A stretch of 64,000 nucleotides of DNA, taken from assembly GCF_001194135.2 (NCBI RefSeq), contig NC_068996.1:51869883-51933882 (forward strand). The letters are read 5' to 3'. A program made the translations under genes and the position numbers. The stretch's first letter is position 1. Every line of letters starts with the position of its first letter. The DNA is from Octopus bimaculoides. Taxonomy: Eukaryota. Below the pieces are notes generated by a model. It had not been told where the DNA came from, did no database searches, and worked only from the letters and a program-made list of their open reading frames with translations. Shown here in pieces: positions 24,916-38,390 of this stretch.

Positions 24916-26494
24916 AGATATGCCCTCTAGGGAGGTCACTTACTAGAGTGGCAACAGATTTCAGAAATACTGTAAAGCTAAGCTCTTTATGGACATGAAA
25001 TCCAGGGTAACCTCATATTCCAGCTATATCTATCTTTAATCTATATACTCTTTTGGATTTATGATTTACTGATGATATATGTATACACACACACACACAC
25101 ACACACATATATAAAATAATTATGATAATAACATTAGGGATAAAAATCCAAATTTACAGGGAAAAATTCAATTTAATTGTCATTTTTTTCTCTAAATTAT
25201 ATATTTATACACACACACACACACGCACGCGCGCACACACACACACACACATGTAGTTATTTGTGAGGGATTATCAATCCAGACAAAATACTTCATAAGC
25301 TCTCTGTTGGCCACCAGACTAACAATATTATTTAGATTTGTGAAGAACTGCAGGTATTCATGTGGAAGGGTCCAAGGTCATAGTTCATCAGAATTGTATA
25401 TTGTAAATCTGTGGTTGGGCCCCAATCAAACTGGTTTTAACACAGAGTGATATACAAAACAAGGTACAAATAATGGTCATTACATATTTTTCCTTTATTG
25501 GAGTAAATTTGGCTTACAGCTGTTTCCAGTAGTCATTATAGATAGGTTTCTGATAGGTTTACTCAACTGGTCTATTGATCAACTGAGGTAAACTGAATGA
25601 CCTAAAAAATTAATGCTACTTTCATCAGAGCCATTTCTGCTTATATAATATATATGTGCATGTGTATATATATGAAAAATAATGATGAGAGACAAAAGAT
25701 ATGTTACTAAAATATATTCTGTTGTAAAATTATTATGTGCACAAAATCATGTACTAAAAATATATAGATATATCAATATATAAGTATACTTTAAAATATA
25801 TCAAAAATACATTAAAAATATATAGATATTAATATATAAATATGCTAAGAATATATTAAGAACATACAATATACACTCGTAGTTATAATAAAAACAGTAT
25901 TAAAATTATCCAGAATGAGTCGAGTGCAGAGAATATTGTAAATCCATATAGATGTTTATAGTTCATTAAAATCCAATGGCTGTTTCTGGGGGCATAGTGG
26001 GACATAGTGGTGCAGAATTTAAGTTCTATTAATCTAATATCACCGCCTCTTTTTTCAGGGAATTTTCCAACGTGTAAGGCTACATTGTCCTATATATATA
26101 GAGAAATGTGTGCTATATATATATATATAGAAATTTCATCTCTTGAAAATAAATCATATACACACACACATATATATATATAGAATTCAGGATAAAATCA
26201 CATTAATGATTATATCTTGAGTGGCCAGCATGAAATAAAACCTTGTAGGTAATTTATATACTAAATTAATAATTATATATANNNNNNNNNNNNNNNNNNN
26301 NNNNNNNNNNNNNNNNNNNNNNNNNNNNNNNNNNNNNNNNNNNNNNNNNNNNNNNNNNNNNNNNNNNNNNNNNNNNNNNNNNNNNNNNNNNNNNNNNNNN
26401 NNNNNNNNNNNNNNNNNNNNNNNNNNNNNNNNNNNNNNNNNNNNNNNNNNNNNNNNNNNNNNNNNNNNNNNNNNNNNNNNNNNNNNNNNNNNNN

Positions 26495-26556
<62 letters not shown>

Positions 26557-26861
26557 GAGATTGTAAAGTGTAATTAGTTAAGAGAGATTTAACTACAATT
26601 TTCAGCAGGATGAGCATCAGGTGAGGGTGTAGAATATCCTGAGATATATTGACAATGAGAATGGGATAATTTTAGGTAATGGCACAGCATTTGCCTGAAA
26701 CTGTCTCTCTCAAACATTTCTCTTCAGTTTATTTCAGAGAAATGGAGAAATGGTAGATGTAAAACGCAGCGTGAGGTACGAGCTGCTTCTGCTTTATTAG
26801 TTTAGAAAGATGGTGTAGAAAAATGGCGTGAAGTATACTTAGGGAGTGTATAATATCCTTT

Positions 26862-27000
26862 CTGCTGTTGGTACAAGGCATGAAATCTTGTGGGAAAGGG
26901 TTGGTCTGTTTCATCGACCCCAGTGCATAATGGGTACTTATTTCATCAACCCCGAAACATTTTGTATGACATGCTAATAATTCTACCAGCTCACCACCTT
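26862..27000 (-). mobile_element. tRNA-derived SINE (Meta/MESC-like), decayed
   Basis: ATCGACCCCAGTG...TACTTATTTCATCAACCCCG core. Confidence 0.7.
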
Positions 27001-27007
27001 AATAACG

Positions 27008-27080
<73 letters not shown>

Positions 27081-27094
27081 TAATAATAATAATG

Positions 27095-27182
<88 letters not shown>

Positions 27183-27235
27183 TGATAATAATAATAATAA
27201 TAATAATAATAATCATAATAATAATAATAATAAAA
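27000..27235. repeat. (AAT)n microsatellite, ~235 bp
   Basis: Directly visible; source of the poly-N, poly-I and poly-Y ORFs. Confidence 0.97.
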
Positions 27236-27249
27236 AATAACAATAATCA

Positions 27250-28690
27250 ACATCATCATCATTTAACATCCGCTGTCCATGCTCGCATGGTTTGACTGGG
27301 GACTGGCAAGCCAGAAGGCTGCACCAGGCTCCAATCTGATCAGGCAATGTTTCTATAGCTGGATGCCCTTCCTAATGCCAACCATTCCGAGAATGTAGTG
27401 GGTGCTTTTTACATGCCACTGGCACAGGAGCTAGTCAGGGTGAGGGGACTGACATTGACCATGTTCGGATGGTGCTTTTTATGTGTCACTGGCATGGGGA
27501 GCCAGTCAGGCATCACTGGCAATGACTGACACATGAATTGTGCTTATTGCGTGCCACCAGCGCGAGAGCCAGTCAGGCGACACTGGCATCAGCCACAACT
27601 ACAATTTCCATTTGATTGTGATTTGATTTGATTTTGATTTTGATTTTGATTTTGGTGTTGATGTACTTAACTCAATAGGTCTCCTCAAGCATGGCATGTC
27701 ACCTTACGATCAAAGGTACTTTTGAGTGGGCTGGTTATGTGACACAGCATATCCCCAGAGGTCTCGGTCTTTCATCATTGCCTCTGTGAGGCCCAACATT
27801 CGAAGGTCATGTTTCACCACCTCATCCCATGTCTTCCTGGATCTCCCTCTACTCCAGATTCCTTCCACTGTTTGGGAGTGACACTTCTTCATACAGCTCA
27901 TCTCATGCATCCGTAGTACATGACCATACCAATGCAAACATCTCTCTTGCGTACCACATCTGATGCTTCTTATGTCCAACATTTCTCTCAGGGCACTTAC
28001 ATTCTGTCGTGTGTGTACACACTGACATTACACATCCAGTGGATCATGCCAGCTTCATTTCTTTCGAGCCTATGCATGTCTTCAGCAATCACAGCCCATG
28101 CTCCACTGCCATGTAGCATGGCAGTTGGTACACATGCATCATACAATCTACCTTTCACTCTGAGCAAGAGACCCTTTGTCACCAGTAGAGGTAGGAGCTT
28201 TCTGAACTTTGCCCAGGCTATTCTTATTCTAGTGGCAATGCTCTCTGAGCATCCACCATCACTACAGACTTGGTCCCCTAGGTAGCGAAAGCTATCAACT
28301 ACTTCTAGTTTCTTCCCCTGGCATGTGATGGAATCAGTTTTCTGAGCATCTGTGGTGTTTATTGCTCCTGTGCATTTGCTGCACACAAAACCAATCTTCC
28401 TGGTTAACCTTCCTTTGATGTTGCTGCACCTCTTATGCATCCATAGCTTATACTGGGTACATCTAATGGAGTTTCTACCTACACCTTTTTTACAGATTGA
28501 GCAGGGCCATCGACCTGAAGGGGTTTGTGATGTGTTCCTCTTCCTACTTACTAGGATTTCAGTTTTTGCAACATTGACTCTAAGGCCTTTTGATTCTAAA
28601 CCTTGCTTCCACACCTGAAATTCCTTCTCTAGTTCTGGTAGTGATTCTGCTATGAGAGACAGGTCATTAGCATAGAGGAGCTCCTAGGGG
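27250..28690 (-). mobile_element. 5'-truncated RTE LINE (~1.4 kb): RT from LLYA(N)D to the ORF end, 3'UTR and tail
   Basis: ORFs 27997-28614 (GLRVNVAKT..CSICKKGVGRNSI.C..C...HKRCS..LEVVDSFRYLGD..MLHGS) and 27710-27982, followed by the modular UTR and (GAT)n. Confidence 0.93.
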
Positions 28691-28737
28691 CAGCCTGTCT
28701 TGAATTCCTAATAACAGCAACAACAATAATAATAATT

Positions 28738-28889
28738 GAGAAAGAAAGCAAATGATGCTGGATCTAACAAAAAAGTAATCGATAAGGAAGAAAGAAAAGT
28801 CGATATATATGACAGGTTAGCTTGGGAGGTTAAGCAGTTGTGGTCGCTGAAAAAGGTGGTAGTAATACCAATAATTGTTGGACCCCTGG
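28738..28889 (+). mobile_element. R4/Dong restriction-like endonuclease fragment within (AAT)n
   Basis: KEERKVDIYDRLAWEVKQLWSLKKVVVIPIIVG, with AAT-rich repeats on both sides. Confidence 0.8.
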
Positions 28890-28903
28890 TAATAATAATA
28901 ATG

Positions 28904-28934
<31 letters not shown>

Positions 28935-29164
28935 TAATAGTAATAGTAATAATAATAATAATAATAGTAATAATAATAATAATAACAAGAACACTCAGAG
29001 AGCGCAAACCTCTGCCAAGGCAACACCAATGTCCTCTCAACGATTAGCCAAAGATGATTTTTAAAATGAGAATATCTGAAATAAACTCGACTGCTCTCAC
29101 AAACGAGAATACTAAAAATGAACCCGACTGCTCTCAAAAATTAAGTTAAAAAACAGGTAGAATA

Positions 29165-29513
<349 letters not shown>

Positions 29514-29515
<2 letters not shown>

Positions 29516-29728
29516 CTTTCTACTAAAGGCACAAGACCTGAAATTTTTGGGGGAAAAGCTAGTCAATTATATCAACCACAGTGCTCAACTGGTGCTTATT
29601 TCATTGACCCCAAAAAGATGAAAGGCAAAGTCTATTCCAAAGGAATTTGAACTCAGAATGTACAGATTAAATTCCACTCAAAGCATTCTGCAAATATGCT
29701 AATGATTCTGCCAGCTCACTGCCTAAGT
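29514..29728 (-). mobile_element. tRNA-derived SINE (Meta/MESC-like)
   Basis: Homologous to 9570-9786. Confidence 0.82.
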
Positions 29729-30514
29729 AGTGATAATTAAGATACAGGTGCTGCTATTATCATAACAGTTGTGTGAATATGGGGGAAAATAAATGAACAC
29801 AGATAGACAATCCTTAAATTCTGGACAACACTTAAACTGATTAATTTTAATAGCTGCTGTTTGGCAAAAGTGAAAGTGGTATCTGATTGCTGAAGAATGT
29901 GGGTCAGATATTTATGTGGTAGATCAGATGTTCTTAGCGTGGGTGGTACTGCCCCCAACAGGGTGCTGGGCATGTTGAAGGAGTGGTTAGGCTTTAGGGG
30001 ATGGTAAGGGATGGTAGTGAGTTAACACAACATAATAAATTTTACTTATAGTAATAATAATATTATACATGATTAACTTAGGAATGGTTCTTAAAATAAA
30101 ATAAGACCTCATCAGGCACAGGGAAGTCGTTAACTCGCAATGCATAAAGTAAATTTACAACTTTTGTCTTATTAATTTTTCATCATTTCACTACTAAAAG
30201 CTTATTATACAATCCATTTTTAGAGTAAAATTTATAAATCATCATCTCTTGTAAGTTAGTTTAGTTGTGGTACTTCACTTGTCTCTTAAGTGGGCAATAA
30301 GCGTAACAACTACTTAGAAAGAGTGGGTCTTTAGAAAAAAAAATCCCCACTATTTTATAACACAGCTTATTGAAATGATTTCAGCAATGACAGGAATAAT
30401 GAAGTTTGGTCCCCTGCTAATATATGTAAAAATAAAGCAGTATTGCTAAGTATAGCTAAACTCCCTGAATGTGTAAGGCTGTTCTCATTGACATTTGCAA
30501 GAAACAATTTGCTG

Positions 30515-30545
<31 letters not shown>

Positions 30546-30835
30546 ATTACAACTATACCTACCATACAGAACTGTGCTTTCTTGTAATCTGGTATTTTTT
30601 TTAGCCATGATGTGTCCCTTGGTAAATGTGGCGGGCGTCTTGTTAATCACTCCTGAATCCAAGTACAAAGATATTATTTATTTTAGTTATTCCAGAGAGA
30701 GTAAATGTAACATCGACACCAGCTTAACTTGAATTCAGAAAACAGAGACCAAAGTAAACTTTGATAGTATTAAATCTTGTTCCCTTGTTCAGCAGCTTTA
30801 ACACTTTTACTAACATGTTATTAAAAGTATTATTA

Positions 30836-31070
30836 TTAAGGTGACGTAGGGCAGCAAGCTGGTAGAATTGTTACCATGTCAAACAAATGCATAGCAGCAT
30901 TTTTCCTGGTTTTACATTCTAAATGGAAATTACATTGTGATCAATATTGCTTTTGGTCTTTTCATGGTTAATAAAATAAGTACCATTTGAATACTAGGAT
31001 TGATTTGATCAGCTTCCTTTTACCCTCAAAATTGTGGGTCTTGTGCCAAAAATTAGAAAGAATTATTAAA
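30836..31070 (+). mobile_element. tRNA-derived SINE (Meta/MESC-like), decayed
   Basis: GGCAGCAAGCTGGTAGAAT head and TAAAATAAGTACCA core. Confidence 0.7.
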
Positions 31071-31089
31071 AGTATTATTACTTCAAGCT

Positions 31090-31620
31090 ATAGTTATTCT
31101 TTTTTTAGCCCCAAGTTGGCCCTAAAAGCTGGGGATCATGTCCTGATGGCTTTCAGTTCTTCATTTATTTTTGCAGTATCTGAGTTACTTCCATTTTTAT
31201 AAATGTCAACATTTGTACCAAAATGATGTGTTTGTTGCTTTCACCAGCTTTATCTGTGGTGATTCTTTTGCCACCCATACCTCTTCCCAAAATTCTTCTG
31301 CTTCTCTTTCTGTTGGTGCTGCTGTGTCTTCTATTTCACTTTTACCAAATTCTAGATAGGATGGTTTTGTGTTGGGATTTGAGCTGTTTGTTTTATTTAA
31401 AGTGTTGTTGGTGTTTTTCATACTGATAACTTCTTTGTAAGTTCGTAAAGATTTCATTTTAGTGATTCCTTCATTTCAGCCACATGTCTTCAATCATGTG
31501 TTGAGTTTCTCTAGTATTTTTCTCTAGTATTTTTTTTTTTTTAGTTATGTTATTTTGTTATTCATTTTATTTAGAACTGAAAGATTCTTTCTCTTATTTC
31601 CTATATATTTACTGAGTATT
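31090..31620 (-). mobile_element. R4/Dong-type LINE, pre-RT ORF fragment
   Basis: PTEREAEEFWEEVW motif (cf. P......FW..IW of R4-type ORFs) in ORF 31206-31457. Confidence 0.55.
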
Positions 31621-31974
31621 TATTTCCTACGTTGAAACTACAATGGCTGCTGTGTATATATATATATATACATACATACATATATNNNNNNNNNNNNNNN
31701 NNNNNNNNNNNNNNNNNNNNNNNNNNNNNNNNNNNNNNNNNNNNNNNNNNNNNNNNNNNNNNNNATATATTACTACATTTAACTTAGTAATGATGATGCT
31801 GGAGTCCATTTTAACCCTTTAGCATTCTGTTTATTCCGTCTGGTGTAATGTTTATTTATTCACATTGTGTTGAAGTTATCATGCATCATCTCGTAGCTGC
31901 TGCAAGATTTCAATGGCATGTTTGTTTACTTTTAGAATGACATGGTAGGGTAAGAAAAAAAAGAATCCTAACAT

Positions 31975-33150
31975 TGAGCTACAACAAGTAGCCTTAGGTG
32001 CCAAGAACCCTCCTAAGTATCCCAGCTGTCCCTAATAACACTCTTTTCTGAAGCTGTACTAAACTCAGTTTTATGCCAATTTCCTCAATCCATCTGTTAA
32101 GATCTTTAAGGATAGTTCCCAATGCACCTATAACTACTGAGATACATTTTACCCACACTTTCCATAGTCTCTGTAATTGAATGGTTAGGTCCTAGTACTT
32201 TGCTATTTTCTCTATACCTCTCATATTGATTTCTTCATCATTTGGGACTGTAAAGTTTATTATCTGGCATTTTCTATTCTCTTTGTCTACTACTACTAAA
32301 TCAGACCTTCTAGCTTCTATTACTCTGTCAATCTGAATGTTGAAGTCTCACAACATCTTGTATTTCTTACTTTCTAGTACTTTACTAAGTTCATGTTCAT
32401 GCCATTTATTAGTATGTTCAAATCCTAACTTTCTTCATAGCTCCCAGTGGATTACTCTCCTTAGATTGTCATGTCTTTTCTTCTATTCTTTCTGTACCAG
32501 CATGCTTCATTCACTTACCATACAAGTAATGCTTTCCTCTTTTGATTTGTATAATCTACATTGGGAATCTACTTGGTTTTTGTCTATTTTGGCTTTTATC
32601 TAATTAGTCCTTAATGCTTGATCTTATGCAGCTACTAACAAACTTTCTGGCTCCCTCTTCAGCTTTCCTTTCTACAGTCATAACCACGTCTCACTACTAC
32701 TCTTTGCTGAAACTATCTTTGGGAATCTACCATGCAACGACTTCTCCAGTCAGATAATTTCTGTTCTTTTTTCTGGATTTTAAGTTCATTTGGTGGTTTG
32801 ACTCCCCTATGTCATGCTGTGACTCTAGTAGCTTTTCATAAAATTTCTTCACTATTACCTACATAGGAGTCTATAACTGCACTAGCTAACTCCACACAAT
32901 CTTCTACTGATATTAACCCTCTTCCACCTTCCTTTCTAGGTAGGTATAATCTTGCTACTCTTGCACTTGGATGGAGTCCTCTATTCATATTGAATTCCTT
33001 CCTCGTTCCTCTGTCTAGCTTTGCTAATTCAGTTTTTCTCCAATCCACAAACGCTGCTGAATATCCAAGTAATGATACTGCCCAAGTATTTACAGCTTTC
33101 ACTACATTTGGACCATTTCGCTTTGACTTCATTAGCTTCTTCACCCTTTT
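31975..33150 (-). mobile_element. R4/Dong-type LINE: post-RT region, Zn knuckle and restriction-like endonuclease
   Basis: KAVNTWAVSLLGYS..RLYLPRKEGGRGLISVEDC (ORF 32836-33183), then decayed DQALRTN..CRL..HD and VIGALGT..LQK.VLLGTA.ILRRVL. Confidence 0.9.
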
Positions 33151-33676
33151 GATGACTGGCACCCATGCCAACGTCTCCTTCATTGGACACTAAACTCGGC
33201 TTGCGAAGACCTGTTGGGGCAAGTGAAAGCGAAATTGTGATGGCACCTGTACCAGTGGAGCGCTAAGAGCACCATCCAAGCATGATCATTGCCAGAGCAG
33301 CTGTCTGGCTTCCGTGCCAGTGGCACGTAAATAGCACCATTTGAGCGTGATTGTTACAAGCACTGCCTAACTGGCACTTGTGCCAGTAACATTCGAGCAA
33401 GGTCGTTGCCAGTGCCACTGGACTGGCTCCTGTGCAGGTGGCACATAAAATACACCATTTTGAGCATGGCCATTGCCAGTACCGCCTGACTGGCCCTTGT
33501 GCCGGTGGCACATAAAAAGCACCCACTACACTCTCAGAGTGGTTGGCGTTAGGAAGGGCATCCAGCTGTAGAAACATTGCCAAATCAGATTGGAGCCTGG
33601 TGTAGCCATCTGGTCCACCAATCCTCAGTCAAATCTTTGAACCCATGCTAGCGTGGAAAGTGGACGTTAAACAATG

Positions 33677-33680
<4 letters not shown>
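33150..33680 (+). mobile_element. RTE 3'UTR with five ~65-bp palindromic modules and tail
   Basis: Homologous module series to 53138-53425. Confidence 0.88.
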
Positions 33681-33734
<54 letters not shown>

Positions 33735-33736
<2 letters not shown>

Positions 33737-34105
33737 TACTTTTAATCTGCATATTTGTTACAATCCCTCGCCAAGACACACCCAGCCTCCTAGGGCGAGT
33801 GAAGGATAAGAGATGTTACAGCAGGACTGAAAGCTTGGGGAGGGGAAGTGGTAGGGGCAGTAGTAAAATATCTTCATGTAATATAACACAGACATTTAAA
33901 TGGATAAGTTTTTTCTAAGGATGTGGGCAGCACAATCTTTTGGATTTCCCTGAGACATGGTTCTCCTGGAATGTTGTCTAGATGTTTCTGGCATCCCTTT
34001 TTTTTTTATCATACCTAGAGCACCTACAATAACAGGAACAGAATTCACTTCAAGATGCCACATCTTTTGTATTTCAACTTCCAGGTCTTTATATTTACTT
34101 AATTT
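33735..34105 (-). mobile_element. R4/Dong 3' end (endonuclease C-terminus and 3'UTR) flanked by (TAA)n
   Basis: Reverse complement encodes KYKDLE.EI..MWHL...VPV.VGALGMIKK; (ATT)n on both sides. Confidence 0.8.
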
Positions 34106-34134
34106 GTCATTATCATTATTATTATTATTATTGT

Positions 34135-35400
34135 TCAGTAGTTTTATTTTTATAACGTGCTTTCACTTCACTACCGAGCGCAGCTCTGTGCGCCTTGGGT
34201 ATGTGCTGTGGTTTGCTGTGGTGCTCTTATGTTTACTGTATTGAAAGTGTTTTGCGTAGAATGTGTGCAGTACCCAGTAGTGCAATTTTCTGTATGTTAT
34301 ATATATTTGTAAGTCCTGGTGTTTTTGTTATGTATTTGTCTGAATATTTTTTTATTATACCTAAGGCACCTACTATGATAGGAATTGTTTCTGTTTTTAG
34401 ACTCCACATTCGAGTTACCTCTATTTCCAGGTCTTTGCATTTTNNNNNNNNNNNNNNNNNNNNNNNNNNNNNNNNNNNNNNNNNNNNNNNNNNNNNNNNN
34501 NNNNNNNNNNNNNNNNNNNNNNNNNNNNNNNNNNNNNNNNNNNNNNNNNNNNNNNNNNNNNNNNNNNNNNNNNNNNNNNNNNNNNNNNNNNNNNNNNNNN
34601 NNNNNNNNNNNNNNNNNNNNNNNNNNNNNNNNNNNNNNNNNNNNNNNNNNNNNNNNNNNNNNNNNNNNNNNNNNNNNNNNNNNNNNNNNNNNNNNNNNNN
34701 NNNNNNNNNNNNNNNNNNNNNNNNNNNNNNNNNNNNNNNNNNNNNNNNNNNNNNNNNNNNNNNNNNNNNNNNNNNNNNNNNNNNNNNNNNNNNNNNNNNN
34801 NNNNNNNNNNNNNNNNNNNNNNNNNNNNNNNNNNNNNNNNNNNNNNNNNNNNNNNNNNNNNNNNNNNNNNNNNNNNNNNNNNNNNNNNNNNNNNNNNNNN
34901 NNNNNNNNNNNNNNNNNNNNNNNNNNNNNNNNNNNNNNNNNNNNNNNNNNNNNNNNNNNNNNNNNNNNNNNNNNNNNNNNNNNNNNNNNNNNNNNNNNNN
35001 NNNNNNNNNNNNNNNNNNNNNNNNNNNNNNNNNNNNNNNNNNNNNNNNNNNNNNNNNNNNNNNNNNNNNNNNNNNNNNNNNNNNNNNNNNNNNNNNNNNN
35101 NNNNNNNNNNNNNNNNNNNNNNNNNNNNNNNNNNNNNNNNNNNNNNNNNNNNNNNNNNNNNNNNNNNNNNNNNNNNNNNNNNNNNNNNNNNNNNNTCTTC
35201 TTCTTCTTCTTCTTCTTCTTCTTCTTCTTCTTCGTATTTGTTAGGTAGATTGATTTCTTGTTTGTATTTGTCAGCTTCCTTAAATACTGAAAACAGTTTT
35301 TTGTTTTGCTCGTGTTTTGTGGCTATTTGTATTAGTTTCCCTTGCTTCTGGAGTAGGTATTTTTGCAGTCCTATGGTGGTTATTTTATAATAGTTTTCAT
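34135..35400 (-). mobile_element. R4/Dong 5'-truncated copy spanning an N-gap, flanked by (TAA)n
   Basis: KDLEIEVTRMWSLKTETIPIIVGALG...LGTAHILRKTL at 34240-34443 and ENYYKITTIGLQKYL at 35235-35400. Continuity across the gap is inferred. Confidence 0.78.
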
Positions 35401-35769
35401 TATTATTATTATTATTAATTAATTAATTAATCTGAATACAGATGTTTCGAATATACTTTGTTTCATTCAGTAAGTTTAAAAATAACTATTGTTTGTCTGT
35501 GCTCGGTGCTTTCAAGGATATTTTATTGTGAACTCTTGTTTCATATTTTATTTTTAGAGTCAGCCAAGAGTCAACTTCACCTTGAGGCTTTGTTCAGTTG
35601 TGTCTCTCTCCTTTGGAGTCTAAATTTAGACTTCCATTGAGGACAAGTGGTCTAACAATAGCCAATGCAACAAGAACCTGTCAAACAGAGACACAAGAAG
35701 CAAGCAAACACCACCACAACCATCACCACCACCACCACCACTACCAATAACAACAACAACAACAACAGC

Positions 35770-35812
<43 letters not shown>

Positions 35813-36849
35813 CTGAAAATGAAAAAAAATACTTTTAACAATATCAACAACAACAGCATCATATTGACCTGCAGAACTCCCCCCTGACACTGCTCCTGCC
35901 ATAACTACGACTGCCACTGACACCACCACTACCATTACCTCCCCACCTCACTGCTAACGAAATGGAGGCAGACAATAAGACCATTTTTATCAACAGAAGC
36001 AGCAGATCCACCATTACAGATAAACCTCCAAATCACCAAATTTTACCATTGTAAATAAAAGCAACAAAGAATTGGAGGTTTGCATAACACAAGAACACAG
36101 AGGCAGTGGTGGTGGCGAAGATAGGAAGAGATTTTTGAGGGGTTTGCTTTCAAATTGTCATTAACTAAATGATTGGTGATGACACTTATAATGAAGAAAG
36201 AATTCCTTAATGACATGCACCGGGTGCCTGGAAACCTTTTAAGGATTTTCCTGCCCTTTGGTGCTTGTGGAAACACTAGGATAGCAATTTAAACAATAGC
36301 TGGGATTGTGTAGGGCAAGCAAATAGGAGAGGGTAAAATGAAAGCCCCGCAGACCTGTTCACATGCTTTCAATTGTATGACAGGCACCCATGGGATTTCC
36401 TGTATGTGCTGCTGTGGACATGAAATAATTGCATTGAACTATCCACACAATAAAGTATTAGTTGGGTCAGCAGACAAGAATAGTGTTGAGTACAACCAAT
36501 TGCAACTGGTCGACTCTGTAGCTAGCTACAAACGAACTTGCACAGTCAATCAATGTAGAACCCATAGACAAGAGACCTGACTGCTGTAAGCTAAATGCGT
36601 CATTCCAGGCTTGTAAAGCTTACAGAGACTGGATTAGTAAACTAATTAAGTGGTTGCTGACGTGAGCTATCATCAACAGCCAGTGGTGGATCGATCTGAG
36701 GAGGGTGATTAAAGTATAATCAATAAGGTTTAGCAAAGAAATAGAGGTAAAGATAAATAGATTAGAGGAAGAGCGACTAAGCAAATTAGGAGATGCAATT
36801 AGCAAAGACATAGCAACCAATTTACTTGCTGTGAAAATGGCCCTCGATT

Positions 36850-38390
36850 ATTTCTTAAACATAAAACATGAAAGGACCAATTGTAGGCGGGAAAAGCAAT
36901 GATATTCTCAAGGAAGCTCTGGGAATGAATTGATTTATTTATTTTAGAGGGATTTTTCATTAGGAATTACTATGGATAACTTCCAGAAATCCTTGCACTG
37001 GCAGTGATATAAAGGAGTACTAGAGTTTTGAGATAAACTCTCAGGCATGAAAGTGCTGTATGATGGGCCTCTTTGAGATGCACACAAAGCAACAAAGCCA
37101 TTGAGTACACCTTATGTGAGATTTACTGACTTATGAAGTTATGTCAAATAGCTGTCATGTGTTGGATGGATATGGCTGTCAACCAAATCCAGTGTGGTGA
37201 TAGCCATTTTGCCTTCTTTCAACTGAGAAGAACAAGTAATTTTTCTCTGCCCACAACATTGTCTAGTAGCATGGACTTGAATCTTGAGGTGTTCAACCAC
37301 AATCCATCAACTTGTTGGTGTTGATATTAGCTTCTGCAATTGTCTCATATTTCTTAACAATGGTACCAACCATTTCCATTTTAGTAGTGTCTGACACCAT
37401 GACAACGATGTTGTCCACATATGCTGGTGCAGCCTTCTCAGATTGAAAAGAGATGTACCTCAGCTGTCTTAAATTTTACAGTGGTGGCTTTAGAGCAAGG
37501 ACACACAGAAGAGGTAATAACAAGCAGAGTTAGTAGACTGAGTATACTCTGAAAACTGGTTCCAAAAGGTGACTGTTTACATTGACCACCGAACAGATGC
37601 TGCTGTGCATGGCAGTGATCCAACCTCTGAAAATGGGTCCAAAACTGACCACTTCCAGGATGGCTTTCAAGTAATGACAATCATTTCTATTGAAAGCTTT
37701 CAATTAATTCAAATTTGATCAGGGACCCACCAAAGCCAGTTTTGGCCCCAGTTTTTTCTATGATGTGTTGCATAAGGTGAAGATTGTTGTGGATGAACCT
37801 GTTCTGAATTATGCACATTTGCACTTTCCTGACGAAACCACCAGTAACAAATGCCAATGTTTTGGCTAATACCTTGACCATCTTAAATTCTGTGTTTAGC
37901 AGAGTTATGGAATGAAAATTGCTTGCTGCATCCCTCTGTTGACATTCTTTTTTTTAGCAGTTTCACCACTGTATGGGTCACAACTCTAAGAATTCTCCCA
38001 CTCTGCTGCCAGTTGTGCTACATGTCTACCTAGAAGTTGCCTAACTGGTATGGCATGAAACAACAACTCAACCTGTACCCTCCCTCCCTGACTACCACAT
38101 GACAAGCAGGAGAAGGCCTCGCTTGTCCACAAGGTCACCAACACAGAGAAGAACTCAAGTAAACACTTACACATCAACCTCTTTGACCTCACACAAACTT
38201 GATGGATTCGGAATCCTCCTCATGCTACAAGGATAAGTTGAAACCATTGCCAAAAGATATGAGCTGAAGCAAAGAAGAAAAACAAGTAAAAAAATGCCTA
38301 TTCCAAGATAAATGCGAAAAGGCAAGAAAGTGAACCAGAAATTTATCTTTAAATCATCACCATTGCCAACACAAAACCACAACAGTAACA
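36850..38390 (-). mobile_element. L1/Tx1-type LINE, decayed RT region
   Basis: VKVLAKTL..Q.CIIQNRFIHNNLHLM (ORF 37687-37881), followed by AYVDNIVV as a decayed YADD motif. Confidence 0.7.

Noticed and set aside
26890-27295. Poly-N, poly-I and poly-Y ORFs, and the similar HT, CV, YI, ACLP and MYVC ORFs throughout
   Set aside because: These are translations of microsatellites.
36240-36600. Cys/His-rich ORF 36338-36580 as a LINE ORF1 zinc knuckle
   Set aside because: CCHC spacing cannot be recovered; too decayed to call.
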